A stretch of DNA of 64,000 nucleotides from Candidatus Fonsibacter sp. (GCA_038145245.1 JAYQPI010000002.1:10385-74384); one strand, 5' to 3'; counted from the stretch's first letter, positions 1 through 9,542 are shown. Notes: a model not told the origin generated them from the letters alone. Numbers and translations are program-made.

Positions 1-786
1 TTTAAAAAGGATATAACATATTACCCACAAAGCTAAATTGATAAATGTTAAATAAAAGAAACCTATAACAATAGATCCGTCGGCCTGCCCTAAAAATCCA
101 TATCTAAAACCATCAATAGCATAAAAGAATGGATTTGCATGACTAATATAGTAAAATACTGAGTGTAAATTTTGTATAGAATAAAAAGTTCCTGATAAAA
201 ATGATAAAGGAACAATAATAAAGTTTGTTACTGTTGCCATATTATCAAACTTTTGTGCCCACAATCCGGTAACAAATCCTAAACAAGCGAGCATAGACGA
301 GCCTAGTAATGCAAATAAAAGAATTATAAAAATATTATGAATAGGAATATGTGCAAACGGAATAATAATTATTACAGAAAAAAAACCTATAATTAAACCT
401 CTTGTAATTGCTCCTAAAAGCATTGCGGTTGTTACTTCCATAGGACTAAGAGGTGGAAATAAAATATCAACAATGTTTCCTTGAACTTTAGCAATCATTA
501 AAGATGAAGATGTGTTTGCAAAAGCATTTTGTAAAATCTGCATGCAAATAAGGCCTGGTAATATAAAAACTCCATATTCATGGCCTAAAATATTATTTCT
601 ATTAAGTCCTAAAGCTATTGTAAAAACAGCTAAAAAAAGTATCAGTGTTACTACTGGTGAAAATATAGTTTGTATCCAAACATTCAAAAATCTTAAAATT
701 TCTTTTTTATAAAGTGTGTAAAATCCGATCCAGTTAATTGACATCACTTGCGGATTTCTAATTTTATAATCTTTAATTGCGCTCAT
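1..786 (-). CDS. ABC-2 type transporter permease (3' end runs off window; not in ORF track)
   Basis: Manual translation from ATG at 786: MSAIKDYKIRNPQVMSINWIGFYTLYKKEILRFLNVWIQTIFSPVVT...; same frame reads INLALWVICYILFK at the window edge; divergent from gcrA as is usual in alphaproteobacteria. Confidence 0.85.
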   Translation of the reverse strand, partial: MSAIKDYKIRNPQVMSINWIGFYTLYKKEILRFLNVWIQTIFSPVVTLILFLAVFTIALGLNRNNILGHEYGVFILPGLICMQILQNAFANTSSSLMIAKVQGNIVDILFPPLSPMEVTTAMLLGAITRGLIIGFFSVIIIIPFAHIPIHNIFIILLFALLGSSMLACLGFVTGLWAQKFDNMATVTNFIIVPLSFLSGTFYSIQNLHSVFYYISHANPFFYAIDGFRYGFLGQADGSIVIGFFYLTFINLALWVICYILFK

Positions 787-818
787 ATTTTTTAGTATTA
801 TTAAAATATATAGATAAA

Positions 819-827
819 TGTGGATAA
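819..827 (-). promoter_or_regulatory. DnaA box upstream of gcrA
   Basis: TGTGGATAA is the exact reverse complement of consensus TTATCCACA. Confidence 0.65.
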
Positions 828-871
828 ATTTATGTAAATTAAATAAATCACTGATTCTTCTACATTTTTTT

Positions 872-918
872 AAACTATATATAGTATAATTTACTTTAGC
901 TTAGACTACATATAGTAT
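872..918. promoter_or_regulatory. Tandem NrdR-like boxes upstream of gcrA
   Basis: aaACTATATATAGTat (872-887) and agACTACATATAGTat (903-918), 31-bp period. Confidence 0.6.
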
Positions 919-931
919 TTAAAGCGTCTTT

Positions 932-1447
932 ATGGGATGGACACCAGAAAAAACTGAGCAGTTAAAAAAACTTTGGAACGAAGGTCATACTGCGAGCCAA
1001 ATCGCTGCAATGCTAGGAGATGGTATTTCCAGAAATGCTGTAATTGGAAAATCACACCGTCTAGGACTTGCTGGCAGATCTCATTCTAGAAATATTTATA
1101 TTCAAAAAAGTGAAAATAAATTTCATCACAAGAATAGTGTTCCTTTAAAAAGATTAAGAAAACCTCGTGGTCTTAGAGCTATTGTTATTGAAAAAGATTT
1201 TGAGCCTGAAAATCCAACTAGTTTAGAAAATTTAAACGAAAAAACTTGTAGATGGCCTATTGGACATCCAGATGAAGCAAATTTTTATTTCTGCGGAAGA
1301 AGTCCTATGGAAGAAAGAGTTTACTGCAAATTGCATGTTCTTCATGCTTACCAACCAAAAGGTTGGAAAAACGAAGAAGAAGATAAAAATACAAAAGGAA
1401 CAGAAGAGCTTCCAGAATTTCTTGAAAAGAAAATTAAATCAGCTTAA
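932..1447 (+). CDS. gcrA: GcrA cell cycle regulator
   Basis: WT..LKKLW.EG.TASQIA...SRNAVIGK.HRLGL N-terminus; CRWPIGHP...FCG...YC..H C-terminal domain. Confidence 0.95.
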   Translation: MGWTPEKTEQLKKLWNEGHTASQIAAMLGDGISRNAVIGKSHRLGLAGRSHSRNIYIQKSENKFHHKNSVPLKRLRKPRGLRAIVIEKDFEPENPTSLENLNEKTCRWPIGHPDEANFYFCGRSPMEERVYCKLHVLHAYQPKGWKNEEEDKNTKGTEELPEFLEKKIKSA

Positions 1448-1449
1448 TT

Positions 1450-2133
1450 TTAAGTATCTAAAGAATAACCAGAAGATCTTACGGTTCTAATAAGTTCTGG
1501 CAAACCTTCAAGGTTGATTGCTTTTCTAAGTCTACGAATATGTACATCAACAGTTCTAACTTCTACATTAATTTCATTACCCCAAATATTATTCAATAAT
1601 TGTTCTCTAGAATAAACTCTTTGTGGACTTTTAATTAAAAAATCTAATAACCTAAATTCAGTTGGTCCGACTTTTATTTCTTTTTCTGCTCTATAAATTC
1701 TTCTAGTGATGCGATCAACTTTTAAATCTTGAAATATAGAAACATCTTCAATAAGAGAAGGTTTTGTTCTTTTTAATAATGATTTAACTCTTAATAAAAT
1801 TTCTTTATAGCTAAAGGGCTTAGTAACGTAATCATCAACTCCTGATTCAAAACCTCTAATTTTATCTTCTTCTTCACTTTTTGCCGTAAGCATTAATACC
1901 GGTATATTTTTTAATTTATTAATTTTTTTAATTTGCTTGCAAACTTCAATTCCAGAAAAATCAGGAAGCATCCAATCTAATATTAAAAGATCAGGTATAT
2001 TTTTTTTTATATTTTGTATTGCCTCTTCGCCTGTTTCTGAAAAATTAACTTTATAACCTTCTTTTTCAAGATTATATTGTAATAAAGTAATAATTGGCTT
2101 TTCGTCTTCGACAATAAATATATTGGCTGACAT
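1450..2133 (-). CDS. phoB: Phosphate regulon response regulator PhoB
   Basis: Receiver domain (LDWMLP) plus OmpR wHTH (GPTEFRLL, RTVDVHIRRLRK); follows phoU. Confidence 0.95.
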   Translation of the reverse strand: MSANIFIVEDEKPIITLLQYNLEKEGYKVNFSETGEEAIQNIKKNIPDLLILDWMLPDFSGIEVCKQIKKINKLKNIPVLMLTAKSEEEDKIRGFESGVDDYVTKPFSYKEILLRVKSLLKRTKPSLIEDVSIFQDLKVDRITRRIYRAEKEIKVGPTEFRLLDFLIKSPQRVYSREQLLNNIWGNEINVEVRTVDVHIRRLRKAINLEGLPELIRTVRSSGYSLDT

Positions 2134-2135
2134 AT

Positions 2136-2834
2136 TTAATTTTTTGTCGATGCGGATTTTTCTCCTTTTGATCTAGTGCCTTTGATCTGATCTCCTGTTA
2201 CCAAAAAATAGACATTCTCTGAAATATTTGAAACATGATCGCCTACTCTTTCCATATGCTTTGCAGCAAATAGTAAATGAGTTGATAACTCTAGATTTTT
2301 TTTATTACTTTTCATAAATTTTAGTAATTCATCCATTGCAAAACTTACAAGTTTATCTATCTCTAGATCGCTATTCCATACTCGGTATGCAATATCCTTG
2401 TCTCTTTTAGAATAAGCATCCAACACATCTTTTAAATTTTTTTCCACAACGTTAGCGGCTCTTTTTAGTGAGTCCGCAATATTTACTGGAATATCGAATT
2501 CTAAATATCTTGCTCTTTTTGCAATATTTTTTGCAAGATCACCTATTCTTTCTAATTCAGAGGAAATTCTCATTGAAGATACAGTTTCTCTTAAATCAAT
2601 TCCCATTGGCTGTCTTAATGCAATTAGATCTATAACTTGACTTTCAATCTTAATATCAAACTCATTCATTTTAAGATCTTTTCCAGCAATTTTGTCGGCT
2701 AAATCTTCATCACGTTTTAAAAGAGCATTTACTGAACTTGTAAATTGACTTTCGGCTAGTCCGCCCATTTTGACAATTGTATTTGTTAGATTCTGAAGCT
2801 GTTCCTCGTATGATTTAACTATATGTTCAGTCAT
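2136..2834 (-). CDS. phoU: Phosphate signalling protein PhoU
   Basis: EHIVKSYEEQL, IALRQP..DLR, ELERIGDLAKNIA, ERVGDH. Confidence 0.95.
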   Translation of the reverse strand: MTEHIVKSYEEQLQNLTNTIVKMGGLAESQFTSSVNALLKRDEDLADKIAGKDLKMNEFDIKIESQVIDLIALRQPMGIDLRETVSSMRISSELERIGDLAKNIAKRARYLEFDIPVNIADSLKRAANVVEKNLKDVLDAYSKRDKDIAYRVWNSDLEIDKLVSFAMDELLKFMKSNKKNLELSTHLLFAAKHMERVGDHVSNISENVYFLVTGDQIKGTRSKGEKSASTKN

Positions 2835-2843
2835 AGTTATTTA

Positions 2844-2872
2844 CATCTATAGGTTGAATTAAATATTGTCAA
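2844..2872 (-). promoter_or_regulatory. Possible sigma70 promoter for phoU-phoB
   Basis: Minus strand TTGACA-N17-TAGATG in the 72-bp pstB-phoU spacer. Confidence 0.4.
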
Positions 2873-2906
2873 AGATAATTTTTTATTCTTCATAGTAAAA
2901 TCTTCA

Positions 2907-3683
2907 TTAACCAAAACGACCAGTAATATAATCTTCTGTTTCCTTTCGATCAGGTTTTAAAAAAATTTTTTTCGTTTCATTAAATTCTATTAAATCGCCT
3001 AAATACATAAAAGCTGTTGAATCTGATACTCGGGCTGCTTGTTGCATATTGTGCGTAACAATAATGACCGTATAATCATTTTTTAATTCATAAATTAATT
3101 CTTCAATCTTACTTGTGGATACAGGATCTAATGCTGAGGTAGGTTCATCCAATAAAAGAACTGTAGGTTTTACAGCAATACCTCTAGCAATACATAATCT
3201 TTGTTGTTGTCCTCCTGATAAAGATAATCCACTTTGTTTCATTTTATCTTTCACTTCATTCCACAATGCAGCTTTTTTCAATGCCCATTCAACTCGGGCA
3301 TCCATATCTTGTTTTTTTAAATTTTCGTACAGTCTAACTCCGAAAGCAATATTATCGTAAATCGACATTGGGAAAGGAGTGGGCTTTTGAAAAATCATTC
3401 CCACTTTTGCTCTTAATAAATTTAGATCTTTTTTAGGATGTAAAATATTATCACCATAAAGTTTTACTTCTCCCTCTGCTTTTTGTTCTGGATATAAATC
3501 ATACATTCTATTAAAAACTCTTAAAAGAGTAGATTTTCCACAACCAGAAGGTCCTATAAAAGCTGTAATTTTTTTTTCAATTATATTTAAATTAATGTTT
3601 TTTAAAGCCTGAAATTTTCCATAAAAAAAATTTAAATTACGAACTTCAATTGCATTTTTTATATTTATATTTTTTTGGATCAT
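2907..3683 (-). CDS. pstB: Phosphate ABC transporter ATPase
   Basis: [44 protein letters not shown]. Confidence 0.97.
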   Translation of the reverse strand: MIQKNINIKNAIEVRNLNFFYGKFQALKNINLNIIEKKITAFIGPSGCGKSTLLRVFNRMYDLYPEQKAEGEVKLYGDNILHPKKDLNLLRAKVGMIFQKPTPFPMSIYDNIAFGVRLYENLKKQDMDARVEWALKKAALWNEVKDKMKQSGLSLSGGQQQRLCIARGIAVKPTVLLLDEPTSALDPVSTSKIEELIYELKNDYTVIIVTHNMQQAARVSDSTAFMYLGDLIEFNETKKIFLKPDRKETEDYITGRFG

Positions 3684-4525
3684 CTTTTTTCTCTAAAAAA
3701 TACTCTAGCAAAAATATTTAGTCCTAACACAGTCAAAGTAATTAGTAATGCTCCACCCCAAGCTAAATTTACCCAATTTACATAAGGACTCATAGCAAAT
3801 TGATAAATCACAACTGGCAAAGTTGAGATAGGTTTGTTCATATCTGTTGAAAAAAATTGATTATTAAGAGCAGTAAATAATAATGGGGCTGTTTCTCCAC
3901 TAACTCGCGCAACAGCAAGTAAAATTCCAGTAATGACGCCACTTTTAGCAGCTTTTAAAATAACAGTGATAGACACTTTCCACTTAGGAGCTCCCAAAGC
4001 GTATGCGGCTTCTCTTAAAGTATTAGGAACTAATCGTAAAATATTTTCTGTTGTTTTTACAATAACCGGAACTGCTAACAATGATAATGCTATAGTGCCT
4101 GCAAATCCTGAAAAATGTTTAACTTTAGAAACATAAATTGCATAAACAAATAAGCCGATTACAATTGAAGGAGCTGATAACATCACATCCGTAACTAAAC
4201 GGGTGACATTTGCAATTTTACTTCTATCTCCATACTCTGACAGATAGACTCCTGCTAGAATTCCAATCGGGGTGCTAATTAATGTACATGAGACAACTAT
4301 CATTAAACTTCCAACGATTGCATTTGCTAATCCTCCTCCTGCTGAGCCTGCTGCTGGTGTACTATTAAAAAAAAAATTAGAATTAAATGCTGAAAATCCC
4401 TTAGATATAAGCACAAACAAAATCCAAGTTAACACTAACATTCCTAATGTCATTGCCACCATAGAAAGAGATAAGCCTATAAAATTTGATCTTTTTCTAC
4501 TGATATAAATTTTAATATTCTTCAT
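3680..4525 (-). CDS. pstA: Phosphate ABC transporter permease PstA
   Basis: [40 protein letters not shown]. Confidence 0.95.
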   Translation of the reverse strand: MKNIKIYISRKRSNFIGLSLSMVAMTLGMLVLTWILFVLISKGFSAFNSNFFFNSTPAAGSAGGGLANAIVGSLMIVVSCTLISTPIGILAGVYLSEYGDRSKIANVTRLVTDVMLSAPSIVIGLFVYAIYVSKVKHFSGFAGTIALSLLAVPVIVKTTENILRLVPNTLREAAYALGAPKWKVSITVILKAAKSGVITGILLAVARVSGETAPLLFTALNNQFFSTDMNKPISTLPVVIYQFAMSPYVNWVNLAWGGALLITLTVLGLNIFARVFFREKR

Positions 4526-5529
4526 TAGCTTTTAACTCCTTTTTTCTTATCAATATTAGCTAACATTAATTTTGCAGCAAAAAGAACTACAAATGTTATT
4601 ATAAAAAGAGTAAGTCCAAGAGCAAATAAAGAAGCGTAATGTAATCCTGGTTCTGCTTCGCCAAATTCATTTGCAAGAGTTGATGCTATAGATGATCCTG
4701 GAGAAAATAATGAGGCATTAATTCTATGAGCATTACCAATTACAAATGTAACTGCCATTGTCTCACCTAGTGCTCTACCTAGACCGAGCATTACTCCACC
4801 GACGACTCCTACTCTAGTGTAAGGAAGAACAATTCTTGTTACCACTTCCCAAGTAGTACACCCTATCCCGTATGCAGACTCTTTTAGAACAGGTGGAACA
4901 ATTGAAAAAACATCTCTTATTACAGAAGCTATAAATGGAATAATCATAAATGATAAAATTATTCCTGCGCAAAGGACTCCTATTCCATTTTGAGGTCCTG
5001 AAAATAAAATTCCAATAAAAGGAATTTGTCCTAGAGTAGAATTAAGAGCAGGCTGAATATAATCTCCAAATATTGGTGCAAAAACAAACAGCCCGAACAT
5101 TCCATAAATAATAGAGGGAATAGCAGCTAACATTTCAATGGCTATTCCCAAAGGTCTTCTTAACCAAATAGGACATGTTTCTGTTAAAAAAACTGCAATT
5201 CCAAAACTTATGGGTACGGCAATTAATAATGCTATTATTGAAGTAACTAACGTTCCATAAATTGATGATAGACCTCCAAATTTAGAGTTAACCACATTCC
5301 ACTCATTTTTAAAAAAAAAGCCAATGCCAGATTCTTTTAAAATTGGCCACGCACTAATAATTAATGAAATAATAATTCCAACTAAAACAATTAAAACTAA
5401 AGAAGCAAAAAATAATGTTAATTTATGAAAGAAAAAATCTTGTAAATATTGAGTACGCGCAATTCTATTAATTTTAAGATTTAATTTTTTTTTATTAAAC
5501 ACTGTATTTTGAGATAAATTATCTGCCAT
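4525..5529 (-). CDS. pstC: Phosphate ABC transporter permease PstC
   Basis: [37 protein letters not shown]. Confidence 0.95.
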   Translation of the reverse strand: MADNLSQNTVFNKKKLNLKINRIARTQYLQDFFFHKLTLFFASLVLIVLVGIIISLIISAWPILKESGIGFFFKNEWNVVNSKFGGLSSIYGTLVTSIIALLIAVPISFGIAVFLTETCPIWLRRPLGIAIEMLAAIPSIIYGMFGLFVFAPIFGDYIQPALNSTLGQIPFIGILFSGPQNGIGVLCAGIILSFMIIPFIASVIRDVFSIVPPVLKESAYGIGCTTWEVVTRIVLPYTRVGVVGGVMLGLGRALGETMAVTFVIGNAHRINASLFSPGSSIASTLANEFGEAEPGLHYASLFALGLTLFIITFVVLFAAKLMLANIDKKKGVKS

Positions 5530-5545
5530 AATATTAACTGTCTTT

Positions 5546-5580
5546 AAAAAAACACCCCAATATTACTGGGGTGTTTTTTT
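5546..5580. terminator. Stem-loop between pstS and pstC (terminator or pstS mRNA stabiliser)
   Basis: aaaaaaacacccca-atattac-tggggtgttttttt perfect inverted repeat with A/T tails. Confidence 0.8.
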
Positions 5581-5589
5581 ATTTATTAA

Positions 5590-6615
5590 TTATTTTTGAA
5601 TTTTAGACCAAACGTTTTTAGCGATGTAGTCTGTAACATTAGCAGGCAGAGGAACGTACTCTAAGTTTTCAGCAGCCTTTCCTCCGTTTTTAAATGCCCA
5701 TTCAAAAAATTTTAATGTCTCATTAGACTTTGTTTTATCTACAGGATTCTTGTACATCAGTATGAAAGATGCTGACGTTATTGGCCAAGTTTTTTCTCCT
5801 TTTTGATTATTCAAAGAGATTCCCATCCCAGGTACACTTGCCCAATCAGCTCCTGCTGCAGCTGCCTTGAAAGACTCAAGACTTGGAGCAACAAATTTTC
5901 CGTCCAAATTTTTCATATTAATATGTGGAATATTGTTAAGTTTTGCATAAGCAAATTCCACATAACCAATTGAACCTTTAACTCGAGTTACATTTGCAGC
6001 AACACCTTCATTTCCTTTTCCGCCAATAGTAGATTTCGCTGGCCAGTTTACTGCATTAGCCGTTCCAACTTTTTCTTTCCACGCTGGGCTTACTTTAGAT
6101 AAATAGTCTGTAAATACATTTGTGGTTCCAGATCCATCTGAACGAGTTACAACTGTGATTTCTGAATCAGGTAATTTTTTTCCTGCATTTAAATCCACAA
6201 TTCTTTTATCGCTCCACTTTGTAATATCTCCTAAAAAAATAGAAGCTAATGTAGGTCCATCTATTCTAAGTTCTCCTGGTTTAAAACCTTGAAGATTGAA
6301 AACTGGGACAACTGCGCCAATAATTTCTGGGAACTGTACCATTCCATCTTTTTCAAGATCTGCGTTTTTTACAGGAGCATCCGTTGCACCAAAATCAACT
6401 GTTTTTTCTCTGATTTGTTTAACGCCACCACTTGAACCAATTGATGCATAATTGATACTGTTGCCAGAAATCTTTTTATATTCTTCTGACCATTTACTAA
6501 TTAGCGGAGCTACAAAAGTTGCTCCAGCTCCAGTAATTGTAATTTCTTTTGCATAAAGAAATGTTGAAAACAACAACGTTGCAATAAAAGTTGCGATAAA
6601 GTTATTTTTTTTCAT
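5590..6615 (-). CDS. pstS: Phosphate-binding periplasmic protein PstS
   Basis: GAGATF, SIGSSGG, DFGATD, RSDGSGTT, GGKGNEGV; ATG at 6615 preceded by AAAGGA and followed by a signal peptide, so preferred over 6651. Confidence 0.95.
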   Translation of the reverse strand: MKKNNFIATFIATLLFSTFLYAKEITITGAGATFVAPLISKWSEEYKKISGNSINYASIGSSGGVKQIREKTVDFGATDAPVKNADLEKDGMVQFPEIIGAVVPVFNLQGFKPGELRIDGPTLASIFLGDITKWSDKRIVDLNAGKKLPDSEITVVTRSDGSGTTNVFTDYLSKVSPAWKEKVGTANAVNWPAKSTIGGKGNEGVAANVTRVKGSIGYVEFAYAKLNNIPHINMKNLDGKFVAPSLESFKAAAAGADWASVPGMGISLNNQKGEKTWPITSASFILMYKNPVDKTKSNETLKFFEWAFKNGGKAAENLEYVPLPANVTDYIAKNVWSKIQK

Positions 6616-6671
6616 ATTTATCCTTTTAAAATTGTTAAAACTGGCAAACACATATTATTTTAAGTGATCGA

Positions 6672-6704
6672 TTATGTTTCAGATTTGTTAAAGATTTGTT
6701 ACAA
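6672..6704 (-). promoter_or_regulatory. Pho box (three 11-bp units) upstream of pstS
   Basis: Minus strand TTGTAACAAAT-CTTTAACAAAT-CTGAAACATAA, resembling CTGTCATA(A/T)A(T/A) repeats. Confidence 0.7.
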
Positions 6705-6730
6705 AAAGTAACTTATTAGTTGCAAAATTA

Positions 6731-7936
6731 TTAGGAAATTAAAGGTAACGAAACTATAAATTCACTACCTTTCCCTTCTTTACTTAAAATTTTAAGCTCA
6801 CCCTTATGTTGATTTAATATATGTTTGGTAATTGCAAGACCCAGTCCTGTTCCTCCTATCTTTAATTTTTTAATATTATCTGCTCTAAAAAATCTTTCTG
6901 TGACCCTATGTATATCTTCCGAAGCTATTCCAAACCCTTCATCAATTACTGAAATTGAGGTATAATTTTTTAAACCAATCTTATTATCTGAACTCCTAAT
7001 CCTAATAGATCTTGAATCACTGCTATATTTAATTGCATTGTCTAAAAGATTTAAAAACACAACTGACAATTTTTCTTTATCTCCAATAACAAACTTTTCA
7101 TTTTCATTTATATCTAAACTAACATTAAGTTTTTTTTCATTTATCTTTTTAGAATTTAATAAAATAATATTTTCAATAACCTCTTTAATATCGACTTTAT
7201 CCTTAAGTCTAATATGTTCTTGAAGTTCAATTCTGCTAAGTAACATTAAATCTTCGATTAAAACCTCCATTTTATTTGCTTCTGATTTCATAATTTCTAA
7301 AAATTTTTTTTGTGATTTTGGATCGTCTTTAGCTGAATCAGTAATTGTTTCTAAAAATCCTTTTAAAGAGACAAGAGGAGTTCTAAGTTCATGACTAGCA
7401 TTTGCAATGAAATCAGATCTCATATTTTGACTTTTTCTCATTTCTGTAAAATCTCTAATAATAATTAAAGTATGATCAGATTTTATAGAAACAATGCTAA
7501 TTTTATAAAACTTAAAAACTGGAATTTTTAATTCAATATCGATTTTTTTTAATTCTTTATCAACTTTATTATTATCAATAGCATCTAATAATTCTGGTAT
7601 TCTTATTTCACTACCAATATGTTTTCCTTCAAGATTTGAACCGAAATTTTCTACAGCTGCTTTGTTGCTATAAGTGATAATATTAAATCTATTTAAAATG
7701 ATAATAATATCTTCTAATTGGTTTATAAACAATTCCTGAAGATCGTTATTGGTAAGCTTTCCAACTGAAGTTTCTATATTATTTTCGTTGGAATATGTTG
7801 TTTTGGATATTGGTTTATAAAAAAATATTATTATAAAAAAAACGTTGATAATTAATAAAATTTCAACAGTAATATTTGAATTTAAGAAAAATGCTAAAGT
7901 AACTAAAGAACCAACAGTGGATATAATTTTTAACAT
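6731..7936 (-). CDS. phoR: Sensor histidine kinase PhoR
   Basis: DFIANASHELRTPL H-box, NLLDNAIKY, ERFFR, GGTGLGLAI; heads the pst/pho cluster. Confidence 0.9.
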   Translation of the reverse strand: MLKIISTVGSLVTLAFFLNSNITVEILLIINVFFIIIFFYKPISKTTYSNENNIETSVGKLTNNDLQELFINQLEDIIIILNRFNIITYSNKAAVENFGSNLEGKHIGSEIRIPELLDAIDNNKVDKELKKIDIELKIPVFKFYKISIVSIKSDHTLIIIRDFTEMRKSQNMRSDFIANASHELRTPLVSLKGFLETITDSAKDDPKSQKKFLEIMKSEANKMEVLIEDLMLLSRIELQEHIRLKDKVDIKEVIENIILLNSKKINEKKLNVSLDINENEKFVIGDKEKLSVVFLNLLDNAIKYSSDSRSIRIRSSDNKIGLKNYTSISVIDEGFGIASEDIHRVTERFFRADNIKKLKIGGTGLGLAITKHILNQHKGELKILSKEGKGSEFIVSLPLIS

Positions 7937-7981
7937 ATTTTTTTATATCTTATCGAATAATAATTATTTAGAAAGATTTAT

Positions 7982-8875
7982 ATGAAAAAGATCTGCATTA
8001 TCTGCAATGCTAAAATTAGTTTTCTAAAAAAATATAAATTAAATAAAATTTATAAAATTTTATCTAAAGAAAATAATGTTGAAATTTTTAAAACTGAAAA
8101 AACAGGACATGCAACCGTTCTTTGCAAAGTAAATATTGATAAATTTGATATTATTGTCGCTGCTGGTGGAGATGGTACGATTAATGAAGTTGTTAATGGT
8201 ATGAATGAAAAAAAGCCACTTGCGATAATTCCATTTGGTACTGCTAATATTTTTGCTTTAGAGGCTGGAATTCATGGTAACGCTAAAGAAATAGCTCAAG
8301 TTATCTTATCTAGCAAAACTAAAAAAGTTTATCTCCCAAATGTAAATAATAAAGTTTTTATTTTAATGACAAGCGCTGGTTATGATGCTGAGATTGTAAA
8401 AACTGTGCAATCCTATTTAAGATTAAAAAGTATATTTAAAAAATTATTATTCTTTTTTATTGCCACCATAAAATTAATATCCTTCAAAAAACATGAAATA
8501 AAAATCCTTGCAAATAACAAAATATATAAAGCAAACTGGATTATTATAACTAAGGCGATGCATTATGGTGGTGCATTTAAATTATCTAATGACACAAATA
8601 TTTTTGATAAAAAAATAATCTCTTATTTATTCTGTGACTTAACAAGATTAAATTTTTTATGCTATCTTTTTACCCTTCTTTCAGGAAAAGAATTAAAAGA
8701 AAGTAATAAACTTATTAAAATTGCAAGTGATGATATTTTTATAAGTTCTAAAACTAAAACTCCAATACAGTATGATGGTGAATTTCTTGGTTATTTACCA
8801 GCACAAATTAAAAATACAAAAAAAACAATTAATCTTTTAGTAAAAGAAGAATTAAATGTACAAACTGATCAATAA
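7982..8875 (+). CDS. Diacylglycerol kinase-family (YegS/DgkB-like) soluble lipid kinase
   Basis: AAGGDGTINEVVNG, IPFGTAN, GYDA, QYDGE. Confidence 0.88.
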   Translation: MKKICIICNAKISFLKKYKLNKIYKILSKENNVEIFKTEKTGHATVLCKVNIDKFDIIVAAGGDGTINEVVNGMNEKKPLAIIPFGTANIFALEAGIHGNAKEIAQVILSSKTKKVYLPNVNNKVFILMTSAGYDAEIVKTVQSYLRLKSIFKKLLFFFIATIKLISFKKHEIKILANNKIYKANWIIITKAMHYGGAFKLSNDTNIFDKKIISYLFCDLTRLNFLCYLFTLLSGKELKESNKLIKIASDDIFISSKTKTPIQYDGEFLGYLPAQIKNTKKTINLLVKEELNVQTDQ

Positions 8876-8953
8876 TATCACGCTGGCAATAAGTACTAAA
8901 AATACAATTACTGCTTTGTTTAAAGAAAGATTATTTAAATATCTAAACATAAA

Positions 8954-9406
8954 TTAGAATTCTTTTGGTAGAGAGCTATCTATTGAAACTCTGTCTCCAC
9001 CTTTAAAAAATATTGCAATCATTACTATTAACCAAAATAGTGGATATTCGTATCCACCCTTTACCCAAAGAAAACCATTTTTTAAATGAATATAAAAAGT
9101 TGCTACAGCCAAAAGGCCTATTAATTGAATTGCCACAAATCTAGTTAGAAAACCTAATGCTAAAAATATTCCCCCAAAAAATTCTAATATACCAATATAG
9201 ATTGCTAATGGATAAGCGGGCTCTAATTGAACACTTTTAAAAAAATCAACTGTTCCATTTAAATTGACAAACAATTTGCTATAGCCATGAGGCACCATCA
9301 TAGCACCAGCAACAAAACGAATTAATGAGTAAGAATACCATGATGTCGATTCGTAAAATTTTTCTAAATAAGGAATTATATATTTTGAATTTCTACTTAC
9401 TCTCAT
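8954..9406 (-). CDS. DoxX family membrane protein
   Basis: HGYSKL, EFFGG..LALGFLTR, GGYEYP. Confidence 0.88.
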   Translation of the reverse strand: MRVSRNSKYIIPYLEKFYESTSWYSYSLIRFVAGAMMVPHGYSKLFVNLNGTVDFFKSVQLEPAYPLAIYIGILEFFGGIFLALGFLTRFVAIQLIGLLAVATFYIHLKNGFLWVKGGYEYPLFWLIVMIAIFFKGGDRVSIDSSLPKEF

Positions 9407-9465
9407 ACCCTGAAATTTGTATCAAATTTATAAGTTTATATCAAAGTTTAATAAACTGATTTTTT

Positions 9466-9542
9466 TGGTGCGCCCGGAAAGAGTCGAACTTCCAACCTCC
9501 AGATTCGTAGTCTGGCATTCTATCCAATTGAACTACGGGCGC
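9466..9542 (-). tRNA. tRNA-Arg(ACG)
   Basis: GCGCCCGTAGTTCAATTGGATAGAATGCCAGACTACGAATCTGG...GTTCGACTC...GGGCGCACCA; anticodon ACG, encoded CCA. Confidence 0.95.

Noticed and set aside
512-712. Short ORF-track entries overlapping real genes (e.g. 512-712, 3115-3360, 57976-58398, 61169-61489)
   Set aside because: Antisense or alternate-frame shadows of well-supported genes.
787-931. Replication origin at the gcrA spacer
   Set aside because: Only one clear DnaA box in a short promoter region and no origin-associated genes adjacent.
8856-8957. 33-aa ORF MYKLINNITLAISTKN... overlapping the lipid kinase stop
   Set aside because: No motif or clear RBS; cannot be told apart from a chance ORF or gene remnant.
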